A stretch of 64,000 bases of DNA. It comes from Lama glama (Eukaryota). Below are positions 35,863-48,039 of this stretch, piece after piece (within the stretch, counting starts at the first letter, position 1; each line of letters begins with the position of its first letter). The notes below the pieces were generated by a model, which saw nothing but the letters and a program-made list of their open reading frames with translations, had not been told where the DNA came from and did no database searches. The translations under genes were made by a program, and so were the position numbers. Location: the NCBI GenBank assembly GCA_028534125.1, contig CM052817.1, positions 40,736,001-40,800,000 of the forward strand. Direction: 5' to 3'.

Positions 35863-38800
35863 AATGGTTAAGATGATAGATGTTATGTGTATTTTACCAT
35901 AGTAAAAAAAAAAAAGGGCCCTGTGAAGGTAATAACCATGTCTGCCACAGGCTTCTTGACTGTTGACTTCCTTCCACAGAAGCAAAGATATTGGTACATT
36001 GGCATATTTACATGTTTTTCCTCTTGCAAGTAGAGTAAGCATTTTCTCCACTGTACTGTGTGGCATCTAGTGAGTTGGTTTTATGGGCTTAAAATCCTGA
36101 ATCATTTAAGGGTAACCCTATGGTACTCCCTTGGGCCGAGGTGGGGGGGTCTACCCTTCTAGCTTTGAGGAGTGATTAACACAGAAAGCATTAAAAAAAA
36201 ACATGGCCCATTTTATTTTTAAATGATGTAGAACTGGCTTAGTGTTTAATCCTTTACTCCTGCTGTGTCTTCTGTCCTGTGTCCTCACCTCATTGCTGGA
36301 GACGAATGACTTCCCTGGGCTGATGAGCCGGGGAAGTGGATCATTACATTTTTCTCTTTAACTACACACTGAATAATCAACCTGCTATTTACTGAGTTGG
36401 AAAACTTTCTGTCTTAGATTTAAGATCCAGTCAAACAGGATGGAGATGCCTGAGGTTCTCATATTTCATTAAAAAAAAAGTTTATACAGATTCCATGGTC
36501 TAGATGTCCCAAGGTCAAACCCATATCTGGATACTCCCCAAATACTTTAATGTGGAAGAAATAGATTCACTAAAACAGAAAAGAAAAAAGAAATGGACAA
36601 AACATCCTGAAGAAGTAACACGTCAGTTGAGATGAGGGCAGGGGGAGGGACCCCTGCCTGGGGGATGGTGGAAGGAAGAGTCCCAATGATGGGCAACAAG
36701 CACCGTGGCTTCTGCATCAGTGTCGATTGCCACTTGCTTCTTCATCTTTTCTTCCTCTGCTTCCCTGGGTCTCAGTGAATTCAGAGCCTCCATTCCTGGT
36801 TCCCGTGCTTGCCCTCTCTAGGAAGTTTTCGAGGGAAGGTCTTCCTTTTGTGCACACAGAGCACAGCTGTGAGTTGTACCATGTTTTACTACAGATCCCT
36901 ACAGTTAGAGGGGTCCTAAAGCAGGAACTGAGTTCTTCTTACCTTCTCTTTTGAAAGATCCCCCCAGAAATGGATAGTGTTTCCATATGAAGAGCCAGAG
37001 AAACTTTGGCAGGGCTGATCCTAACTACATCCATTGCAAACTAAATTTAGAAGCCTTGATAAATATGTACTTGCATATGGTAGTTTTCTAGGCAATGTAC
37101 AAGGAAAGAATCCCAGACCTGCTTTCTGGATACTCAAAATCTGATGTGAAAAATGAAGTGTAGAATAATTGACCGTCATCATTGTGTTGTGGAGTGACTG
37201 TTCTAGGTTCTTCTCTGTGATGCACAGACATCATCATATTATCATTATTATTTCCAAAAGTGAGAAATGGAACAACTACCTCACTGGTTCTGCAGTGACA
37301 ACCTCAGCATACCTTGCTTCTTGCTCAGAACCTTTCCCTGCTCGTACTGACCCTCAACTTAAGAAGTCGACCAGTCCAAAGATGCACCTGCTTTTGATAT
37401 CGTAAGAACTCTCAGACCATTCTATAAGCTATAAAAAATGGACATTCACTTTCTCTAATGAGCCACTGTTTCAGAATTTGTGTGGTGTTCTCTCTAGCTT
37501 TAGTAATTAAAACTCAAAATAATACTGAAAATAGAACTCAAAATTAAAATTTGCTTATTCTCATAAGGGCTTTTGCATGTAGATGAATTGAAATAAGTGC
37601 ATCTTTTGAGGATTTGGAGGAAGGCTGCAGGTGAGGATGAAGAGTGAAGAGCAAATCCACTGAAGTTCACACTCAGGGCACCTGATTCTCCAGGTTCTCC
37701 CTGGTGTCTCCAAGGGAACTTCTTCCATAATCTTTTCAGGATAGTTTAGTAATTCTTGGCATAAATATTTGTTGCATAATCAAAGGCCTGAACGTCTAGG
37801 TTCTCCGAGCCTCCAGAGGACCCTTAACAATGCTGAAGACCATCTCTGAAGATATTCAAGGATCCTCAGATTTGTGAACACCTCTGTAGCTAATAATTCA
37901 CCCAGAAAATGGGTATTTTTTCCACTGGCTGGAGCAGTCACTGAAATAGGTTCAGGATACCCCTCCACCTTGTTTTTATATAAAGCGTATTGTGGACTCT
38001 TTCAAGTCTTAGATCCAAGTTCACTGCAAAGTTTAACATTCTACCCTTAACTATCCAAAATTCCCATGGGAACTCATTTCAGTACCTCCAAGGAATCCCC
38101 AGGGTATTTCAAATTATGCTCCAAGTGCTAGGTATCTTCCCTTCATCTTGTAGCATTTACCCTGATGCTACAAGGTGGTACCTCATCCATCTTGTGCCTG
38201 CCTCACTGGCCACTGTGGCAATGTTCCTTTTGCTGCTCGTCCTGAGAGTGGCTCCTATGTGGCTGATGTCCACTGAAGGCACTGCTGAAGCTACTACGTG
38301 TGTTGCAGATGCCAGTCAATGCCTGAGCCCAGGATGCTCAAATGCCAGTGCCTGGTGGTGAGGCCCTGCAGTCTGTACCAGGAGTGCTGGTTCCCAGGCC
38401 ACAGAGCTGCTGGCACCAATGCCAAGATGCTTTGTCTCAGAGATTATAATTGTGTTGTTTTCAGCACCATAGGGTTATCCCAGGCACCCTTCCTTCCTTA
38501 ACCAAACTGAAGTAGTAAATAATTTAAGATAGAAGAAGAATCAGAAACCCTTGTAGCATAAAAATGTGTAAGAGAAATGTTAAGAAGAGGTCAGTTGAGG
38601 CAATGTGAAAGGTCTGATAGTCTCTGTAATTATTGTTATTTGTAATATACCATATTGGGTAGTTTCTTGCTTCTTCAGTTATAATAAGTAGTTATATTTG
38701 TATACTGTGGCTACATTCTAAAGCCTGTGTGTAAAAAAAGGAAAATAGACAAAGCCACTCTTGAAATCCCCTAAACTGCTCGTAGACTAAGTATACGTGG

Positions 38801-39084
38801 CCATATTTACATGCCACAGTGTAGGCTGACAGGCCATCTTTCAGTGAATCTAACACCGCTGGTTTTCCCACTGGCATTGAAACAAACCATTGTTTCTTTG
38901 ACCGACTGCTAAAAGTAGTTGACTTGGGCATAGGGACCATGTTGTATGAGAAGTGTAGATCTTTAAATATTAGTTCTGTAGAATGCAGTAAGATGTTTAC
39001 ACTATGAGAGGCATAAAAACTGAAGCCAACTAAGCGAAAAAATGTGGCGAATCCACTCTCTTCCCAGAATAGAATAATAAATTA

Positions 39085-39300
39085 ACATTTATTGAAGACT
39101 TAGGCTGTCAGGCACTCTTTAAAACACATTACATGTATTAACTCATTTAATCCTTACAACCCCTGATGGAATTCATTATTATTATACCCATTTTTTTTAA
39201 GAAGTAAAACTGAGGTCAGGTAACTTACAAAAAGTGGCAGAACTGGAATCTGAACTCAGGCAGTCTGGCTCAAGTGCCCTTGCTCTTAACTGCTTTCCTC
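39085..39300 (-). mobile_element. MIR SINE
   Basis: aacatttattga...aactcatttaatccttacaac...aaactgagg...tgaactcaggcagtctggctc. Confidence 0.8.
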
Positions 39301-40796
39301 TACACTTGTAACCATTACTGCACTATTTAAATCACTTTTTGTCTCCCTCCTTTCGCTTTGGACGAGGTGGAATTTACCTATTTAATATTTTTAACGATGT
39401 GACTCTATTGCGATTTCTTACTGTAGCAGAAATTCAAACTATACCAAAAGGCATAAAATATATAAAGGGGTGATGTCTCATGTTCTCACCCTTAGATAGA
39501 ACAAATGTTAATGGTTTATGCGTTTTCCCCCCCAGGGATTTCTTTCATGCATGCACTCACACATTTATTTTGTTTTTGTTTTGTTTTTGCTTGACATATA
39601 ATTTATTCTAATTTCCCTTTTTTCACTTAGCAATGTCATAGACCTCTTTCTGTGTCAGAATATAGAATTCCACCTCCTCCTTTTAAAGACCTGTTTTAGT
39701 AAGCACATATTATTCCAGTGCATGAATAAAACATTATTTACCCTTGCATACTCCCTTACTGATGGATAATCTGGTTTAAAAATTTTTTTTGTCAAATTTC
39801 TACTGTTATAAACTCTGGCAAAAATGATCATTTGTTCTCTTAGTATTTTGCAGATTTGTTTTTTAGTTTTAGATCCTTAATCCACATGGAATTTATTTTG
39901 TGCCAGAGTTGAGGTGGGGATTACATTGATTTCTTGACTTTCCTCATTCAAATGATTACCCACCTGAAGAGACTGAGTCTCCAGGCGCCCAAGTAAACAC
40001 GTTGCATCTGTTGAAGAAATACACTGAAAATTGTAATAAGGAGAATCTCTATGGTGGAAGATAGTAGGTAGTGTGTGTTGGGGAGAGGAAGCAGAAACAG
40101 CGGGCTCCGCCAGTATGCACTGGAGGTGGGAGCCCCGCTTTCAGGTTGAAACGCTGCATTTTAATTAGTGATATTACTCCCAAATGTTTAGCTGCAACAG
40201 TGGAGGGGAGGTTTGAGACCCCTGCTTGCTCATCATAATTCAGAACCTGCACATCAGAGTGTCTAATTAGATCTTCTCACTTTTGAAAGGTCAGCCAATA
40301 AAATTGTCATGTTGTGCCATTCAAGGTCTAGAAGTTACTCTGTTCTAAGCTTGGTGGATTTTTCTTTTCTTTTTTTTTTTTTGAGTTAAAGATGGCCTGT
40401 TCACATCTAGTGTCTTTTAGCAACCTTTGCTAGACTGAAATTCTGGCAGGCCATCACACAAAGGATCTCTGAAATCTTTCAGCCACTTAGAACAATTCGT
40501 GTCCTTTGCATTTTTTTTTCTGTATCACTTTGGACACTCAGCTAGAGAGAGCCTCTGTATCTTAAGCTATTTGGTATATTTTCCTACTTACAAGGAAAAC
40601 AGCACTCAATTCAGTCTTTGTTTTGGGTCTTGGACTCTGCAATTGAGTGTTAATTAATTTCCACTGGAAAAAAATCCCCAAATAAGCTGTGCTTTTCTGG
40701 AAATACTGTCATCATACAGAAATTAATGGAGCTAGATTTTCTGTTTTATTACTTGGCAATAAGGGAAGTAAGTTAGGGAGCTAGCTTCATTCTTTT

Positions 40797-41089
40797 TTTT
40801 TTTTTAACATTTTTTATTGATTTATAATCATTTTACAATGTTGTGTCAAATTCCAGTGTTCAGCACAATTTTTCAGTCATTCATGGACAAATACACACTC
40901 ATTGTCACATTTTTTTCTCTGTGAGTTATCATAACATTTTGTGTATATTTCCCTGTGCTATACAGTGTAATCTTGTTTATCTATTCTACAATTTTGAAAT
41001 CCCAGTCTATCCCTTCCCACCCTCTACCCCCCTGGTAACCACAAGTCTGTATTCTCTGTCCATGAGTCTTTAGATTCCACATATGAGCG
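40797..41089 (-). mobile_element. Young camelid-type L1 3' end running into an assembly gap
   Basis: Reverse complement closely matches 8212-8454. Poly-T tail; TSD agcttcattctttt. Confidence 0.92.
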
Positions 41090-41189
41090 NNNNNNNNNNN
41101 NNNNNNNNNNNNNNNNNNNNNNNNNNNNNNNNNNNNNNNNNNNNNNNNNNNNNNNNNNNNNNNNNNNNNNNNNNNNNNNNNNNNNNNNN
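41090..41189. other. Assembly gap (100 N)
   Basis: Run of 100 n. Confidence 1.
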
Positions 41190-41534
41190 AGCTTCATTCT
41201 TTTAAGCCACCAGGATCTTAATTAGAATTCTAAAGGGAGTGACAAGTTCAGGGGGAAAAAAAAACCGTGAATTATGGGCAACCCTTTCCTATGACAGTTG
41301 CTGTGGTCTCGCTCGGCTTGCTCAGCCTCCACTAGAGGGGCTGCCTCCTGGGTTCGTCAGAACTCAAACCAGCTTTCTCCATGCTCCAAGCAGTTGGACT
41401 TTTAGCCTGAGGATCTGTGACCAAGGGGAGTATTCAAAGCTGAAAATGATCATGACTCCTATTTCAATTATATTATGAGTGAAATTAGCTTTTGTGGGGG
41501 TATGAAGAAAGTCTTATCTCTACTGATAATGATG

Positions 41535-41692
41535 TTTTCCAAAGTGTAGTTGCATCAGAATCAACTGGGTATTTAATCAAAATGCTGCTTGCTGGAGTCC
41601 ATCCCAGAATCGGACTCTGGTGGTAGAGCTCAGGGATCTATTTTTAACAAGCCTCCTGTGCTATTCGTTTGTGCATTAAAATTTGAGACCAT
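41535..41692. mobile_element. MER5A-like MITE
   Basis: ttttccaaagtgtagttgcatcagaatca...tttttaacaagcctcc...aatttgagacc. Confidence 0.7.
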
Positions 41693-44600
41693 TTGATTTA
41701 TAGCATTACTTCTATGGGAAAAACGGACTCCCACTTCCTACCAATCGGCTTTCAAGTGTAACTTTGGAATTTAGCATGTGGGTACGTTGGGGCTTCCCTG
41801 TGTATGAAATCAGTGGTCTGGACGACAGTCACATTTTAAACGTGTAAAGCTAACAACTGGTGAGCAGATTATGGCTCTGAGTATTCAGGTTAATTAAGTT
41901 CTAAGACATGGAGCCTAGGACTACACAGAGAGAGACTTCCTGCTGGAATTAAAGCACACAATGGATATTCAGCTAGCAGGCGAAGCTACAAGAAGAGTTT
42001 AAACATCTGTACTCAGATGTCAGCTGGTTTCTCTAACACTTGATCTCTAGATAAGATGGTTCAAGCCTTTTTCTAAATCCTTTGGAATGTCCAGTGCTAT
42101 TTCCAAGATTTCTGCAAATCCTGGTGGATTTAACCTTCCCTGGGCTACTTCTGGGGGATCTTTTTTTTTTTTTTCTGCTCTGCTTCTTACGATGGTCCTT
42201 TATCTCTGTCCAGGATAGAAGGCTCCTTCTTTTTGATCCCTCCAGCAACAAAGAGTTGTTTCATTAATCAGAATCTTTACAGAGGCTCATGGAATGAAAG
42301 GGCAGGAGTCACACTGCTACATCACACATCACAGATTACAGCACACAGTCCTGTATTAAACATCCTTGTCCTTCAAGGTATTTTTGGCCACACCGTCACG
42401 GGAGTATGTCTCACTGGCCCAGCCACACCATATTGTATCCTGGCCTCTCTCCATCTTGCTGGCTCCTGTTTTGTCTTGGCTACTTCTCTAGGCTTGCTCT
42501 CAGAACTCCAAATTCTTCTTACTCTTTTATTCAGAAAATGTCAACCTCTCATTCCACCCCCTCCGCTCCCAAACTCATCCCCAGGACAACCTTTGCACCA
42601 GCCAAGGTGCTTGACTGAGCAAAAGGGCCACCCTGTCTTTTTTGAACAGAATCCATCCTCCTTAGAATACAGTTTTGGGATTAAGTAGAATTTTCCTAAG
42701 ATCTATTATATATTTCTTCTGTGGAAAAATTAATTCTGTCTAGGCTTTCCTGAATGCTTAAAAGCTGAGAAAGAATCTTTTCTTCCTGCATCATTATAGA
42801 ATCCTCTTTGTTGGGAGATGCTCATCTGGAAAAAGTGAAACAGGATTTTTATAAGGTTTTAGCAGGCATGTGCACATCAGTGCACTCCTGTTAGTTAACC
42901 TCATCAGTCTTTACAACCCTTCTGCTAACATGTTTAGGAACAGATCATCTCTATTTGTAGCCAAATAAATGCAAGCAGAATTATTTCTTATTTGCCAGCA
43001 AAAAGAGTGCCACTGATGCAAGGTGAGTGGCACCTGCAAGGCCACGCAGGGCATTCTGTGTCCTAAATTGTATCCTAAGAATAAAGCAACAGAGTTAAAT
43101 TGTTTTCGGGAGGGTTTGCTTTCTTGCTCTCCTGTCTTTTGTATATCTGAGAGCTTGTCTGCCTTCTTTGAAATGGAAAATCATTTCCCAGGCGAGAGAT
43201 CATTTTATTTAGTGCTCTTATTTTCTTGGTAAGTATTCTGATTTTCTTCCTATCAATTTCTATTTTTATGCACAGCGATTCTCAATTGGTGAGAAAATTA
43301 TGATCTCATAATCTTTTTTCCTTGTACTTGCTGAATGATTAGCCTCATTTGCTGTGTGGGTTCCACTTCACGGCTGTGAAATGATGACTCTCCCCGACTC
43401 TGGCTAAGCATGTTGGCTTGATGGCTTTGACCTTTTCCATGAAAATAAGGGAGATGAAAAGATGTGACATGTGTGTAAATTGTCACTCAAATGGGGTTAT
43501 TTTGGCTAACAGCGCGAAATACATGCTTTGCTAAACTCCCAGAATGTACCAGTGGAGTGTTTTGTGTTTGAGGTTTTCTAAGGCATTTGACAGTCTTGTT
43601 ATTTTTAAGCAATGAGAGAAAAAAATCCTGATTGGCCATTAAATACAAACAATAAATGTATATCCTCAGCCACAAGCTGTGTGAATAAATGCATTACAGA
43701 TTCCCAGGAAAAACCCTGTTCTCAATTGGTGTGGTTAAATTTGCTTCATCTGAGCTGTGATAGATATTACTTCCACTGCACTTAATTGGGATAACTGACA
43801 AATTCAGATTCAGAACATTTCAGTGACTCCAAGGGATGTATAAATATCTCACCAAATCCATTTAAATCGTATTCTGGATTTGGTCAGGGGTCTCACTGTA
43901 GTAATTTGCAGGTGTGACCAATATTAACTTATAAATTTCCCATGACTGGTCCTTTGTTGATTTCAGGCTTCCCTCCTGTTCAGTAATGATGGCTCAGCAA
44001 GCATATTTTACCTTCCTTCTCTGCAGGCCCTTTATTGCTTTGAGATGCGTGTGTGTGTGTGTGTGCGCGCATGCACGCCATGTTTTTAATAGTAATGCAC
44101 GAGACAGTATTTCCCACTAGAGCATATTCATATGAGCTGTTTCTTACTGGACATATTTCTCTCTTCATTTGTGCTTTTAGTTAAGGGGACTTGGACGATG
44201 TCTGACTGGGTAAACAATGAGAAAACAATAGGGGTGGTGTAGAGGTACATACATGCTCCAATGACCTGTACAATGTCACACTTGGCTAATGCTCCTATGA
44301 TATTTTTAGTAGTCACCATCAGGGTGGGTTTGAAGAACAGTACAATAACCCTAACTTGTTGCTGTAATGGAACTAATACATTTATATATGGGTGGAAATG
44401 ATTAATTTTTTAAGTTCTTTTTCTTTTTCATGACTGAATATGAGATTCTTATTCCCTGGCATGAGAGCATGATCTTTCTATCATTTGCTCTTTCTTCCCC
44501 CAGTCACTAGAATTTTAAACTGTACTGTATTGGGTTGCGTATCACACTGGTTAGTTTTTTATTCATTTCAGAGACTTGGAAATACGAAATGTGTTACAAA

Positions 44601-44769
44601 CATGTAAGATTATTTAAGGCAGGACTGCTTGGCTTGTGCTGTTAGTGATCATTGTCCTCAGCTAGCGTCTTTCTGTTTGAATGAAGATCTTTAGGGTATT
44701 TCTTACTACTTCAGAACCATTTTTTCCACTAGTCATTCCAAATAGATTTATTTATAACTAACTTAATTT

Positions 44770-44930
44770 TTTAAGCTTTTTTGAGGTATAATTGGCAAAT
44801 AAAAAGTATATATATTTAGAATGTATAATATGTCTTTTTATGGTATACAGTGTGATGATTTAATATAAATGATTACCACAATCAAGTTAATGAACACATC
44901 CATCGCCTCACATACTTACCATTTTTTTTA
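44770..44930 (-). mobile_element. L1 3' stub (L1MA/MB-like)
   Basis: tttgaggtataattggcaaataaaa...gattaccacaatcaagttaatgaacacatccatcgcctcaca. Confidence 0.75.
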
Positions 44931-45139
44931 AAAAAGATTTGAACCATTTTGGTGTTAAAACAAATTAGCAGTAGAAGAGGTATCTGTGTGGCCTTGTACA
45001 TGCGGATGTGTCTTTTTGTTAATAATGAAGAAGACATTTCTAACATTCAGTCTCACTGATGAGCATTAAGGCGGGCATAAAACCTACCTTCATGAGATGA
45101 GCATTAAGATAAGGACAAAACTTCTAATAATAATAATGG

Positions 45140-45570
45140 CCATTACATAGCTACAGTGGTTAATATCGAGAACCTACATGACATTTGGTGTTCTAAGTCT
45201 TTTATGTGTATGTGAACTTATTTAATCTTCACAACAATTCTAGGAGGCACATATTTATTACCCCAATTTTAAAAACAAGAAACGAAAGGACAGAAAGGTT
45301 AATTAACTTATCTGAGGTCACACAGCCAGGAAGCCACAGAACTGAGGTTTGAACTTTGGTAGAATTGTCAGATTCAGGGGGAAACACACACACACAACAC
45401 CAGCTTACTTACATTCTTTTTGAAATATCTGGGACATACTTACACTAAAAGGTTATTCATTGTTTATTTGCAATTCAAATTTAATTGAGTGCCCTGTGTT
45501 TTCTCTGGCAAATCTAAACCTCAATTATCTAGCTTCAGAGCCCATGTTTTTAACCTTTATGCTAAGTCTG
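45140..45570 (-). mobile_element. MIR interrupted by a MER53-like hAT MITE (about 45358-45518)
   Basis: MIR motifs (atttaatcttcacaacaa; aggtcacacagc). Insert contains gggacatacttacactaaaa...aattcaaatttaattg...tctggcaa. Confidence 0.7.
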
Positions 45571-45689
45571 CCTATAACCCAAGCTTAACTGATCAATGTT
45601 GACTTTCACATCTCAGGTCAATTCCTTTTAAAATCTAGAAGATTCTTCTTTCTAGATGTAGAACTACTGTCTATGATAATGAGAATGTA

Positions 45690-46590
45690 TCAGTCGGCAA
45701 ATACATACTTATAATTTACTCCATGTTCAGTATTGTTTCAAAGATTAGTGAGATGTGATTTTGCCCCTAAAAGAGTTCACGGTAGATAAGATGGAAATGT
45801 ACAAAATACACTGTACTTTCTATTACAATATAATAATAGCTTTGTTGAACTATGAGCTGTTGGCTCTCCCAAGGAGGTTTGGGGAAAGCATCATAGAGTA
45901 GGGAATATTTGAATTGGGCCTTAAAAGGTGAATGAATGGGAGTTCATCAGGGAAAGAAACTATGGGTAGAAAGGAAACAACATGAGAAAAGGCAAAGATT
46001 TGTGAAGGTGCGGGGTGGAATCATTTTTTAAAAATGTAAGGCACTTGTGCTCTGCTTAATAGTGAGTGATGAAAATTGGAGAGTGGGATATGGATATAAC
46101 CTGAAGGACTTCAATACTAGACTTCCAAAACCTCATCCTAGACAACTGGGAGCCACTGAAGATTTTTAAACAGAGAAGTGACATGATCAGATACATGTTT
46201 AAAAAAAATAACTTTAGTAGCAGAGAGGCAGAGAGATTGGAGAGGAAAAGACTCTCCATTCATCCATGGGTGGGATGGATGGAACCCATCATCCACGGGT
46301 CATTCATTTGGAAAGGACAGCTGTGGCTTAGAGGTACAGATGAGTCATGTGAGTGGGTGGGTTTGCTCAGGAGAGTGTGCAGAACAAGGAGAGAAGAGGG
46401 CAATGATCACATCCTGGGGAGCACTGCCATTTAATTTGGGAGCAGGACGACAGAAGTCAGAAAAAGGATAAGAAAGGGCAGCAGAGTGTAAGGAGAAGCA
46501 GGAAAGAGCAATGTTATGAAAACCAGGGCACAATGGGTAGGTCAGCAATGTGGAACAGTATGCAGGCAGAGATGATGCCACTGGATTGGA
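45690..46590 (-). mobile_element. L2 remnant
   Basis: ggagccactgaagatttttaaacagagaagtgacatgatcaga and other antisense L2 motifs. Confidence 0.7.
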
Positions 46591-46989
46591 CAGGCTATCC
46601 TAATTTATTTTTAAAAATTTTAGCTTTAAGGGGCCATTTTTGAAAGCACCGTTGACCACCTCTTGGTGGTTTGGATGTGGAATTTGCTACAGGTAGGGAC
46701 TTAAGTCAAATGCTCTGAGCTGCCTTCGATCACATATTCTCTAAGAACTCATTTTATTTACATGATGTTCCAACTTCTAGAATTCTTAATTATTGTGTAT
46801 AAAACAGGACAAGAATTTACATGGGAAATAGTATGGTCTAATACTACATGGAATATTTCAAAGTATAAAGGAATTTGGCCATTTTTCAGTGACATTAGAG
46901 AAAACTTGCCACCCACTGTTGACGGAATTCTGTTGATTAGTGGACGTTGCTGGGACTCTACCTGTTTGGCCCTCCAGGCCCAGGAAGCT

Positions 46990-47398
46990 GGCCTATAAGA
47001 ATCACCTTGAGGAGATGCCCCTGCCTTCTGGCTTCTGGTTGGGTTTGACCAATGGAGTGAACTGTCAGGACACCAAGAGAGGAAGGTGAGTGGAGGCCCG
47101 GCTTCCTCCATGCTGGGTCATCACAGGTCGGCCGCTGCCTTTGCCTGAAGGCCACAGCTCCAGAGCCAGGCAGGGACTTCTCCATTGAGCCCTTCTCCCT
47201 GTGTTCTGATAGCCCATGCTCTGTCCTTGCCTTCTCAGGCCCTCAGTCCCTCCCCGCCGTCTTACTGGCTCTAGTGTACAGTTCTGTCCTTTACTGATTT
47301 CCCTAAACCGTATGCCCTGCCCACACCCTTATGAACAGTCTCCTAATGGCCCAGGATGAATGTGTCATCTTTTTCAAGCTGGGACCCTGACTGATACA
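46990..47398 (+). mobile_element. ERVL LTR (LTR33-like)
   Basis: ctggcttctggttgggtttgaccaatgg...ctgggaccctgactgataca. Confidence 0.7.
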
Positions 47399-47983
47399 AC
47401 TATGGACCCTCCTTTCAGAGTAAGATTTAGGATACAGTGAGAGATGCTAACTTGGGAAAACTAAAAAGGAAAACGCAAGCTTCCTGTTAGAAATGGTGCT
47501 TCCTGAGGTCATTTGTGTTGCATGCAGGAATACTGAAATTGCTTTTTGTTTTTTTGCGGGGTCAGAGGCAGGAGAGAGTAGATTCTCCTAAATCATCAGA
47601 GGACCTCTGCTGACTTTTAGATGTTACACTGGAGAAGAGAACAGCTCTGTGCTTGTGCTTTGTGCTTGTGTATAAGTCCTTGAGGGTTCCTAGGGCTGCA
47701 AGAGGATGTAGCCCAGCATGGTACGGGGCAGATTAAACAAGCTTAATCCTGTGCCTCTGAGTCTTGGTTGTACTACATTAGCTTGTAAATTTTATTTTGT
47801 TAGTGGTGAGGTAAAATTAGAAAAAAAATTAAACAACAAATGGGAACTAGTTCAGGAATGTATTTTTAGAGTATTACAAATCTGAGAAGGAAAACAAATT
47901 ACACAGGCATAATTATAGAAAGAATATCTGGATTTATATTGTTAATACAATAAAGGTATTGTATGAAACTAAACACCCATTCA

Positions 47984-48039
47984 GGAGGAGTGCCAAGATG
48001 GCGGAGTAGAAGGATGCACAGCTCAACCCCTCCCATGGA
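47984..48039 (+). mobile_element. Tailless retroposed copy of an L1 5' terminus
   Basis: ccaagatggcggagtagaagga...gctca (L1 5'-end / YY1-type motif), flanked by a perfect 14-bp repeat taaacacccattca. Confidence 0.75.

Larger units (their letters stand above)
34890..35915 (+). mobile_element. L1MB-like 3' end split by a SINE and an LTR
   Basis: ctgacacatgctaca...ggatggtggtgatggttgcacaac...aaaaatggttaagatg [insert] ...ttatgtgtattttaccatagtaaaaaaaa. Confidence 0.88.

Noticed and set aside
41330..41343. CTCF site ccactagaggggct
   Set aside because: Mismatch at a core position (G in place of C), so it is not supportable from sequence alone.
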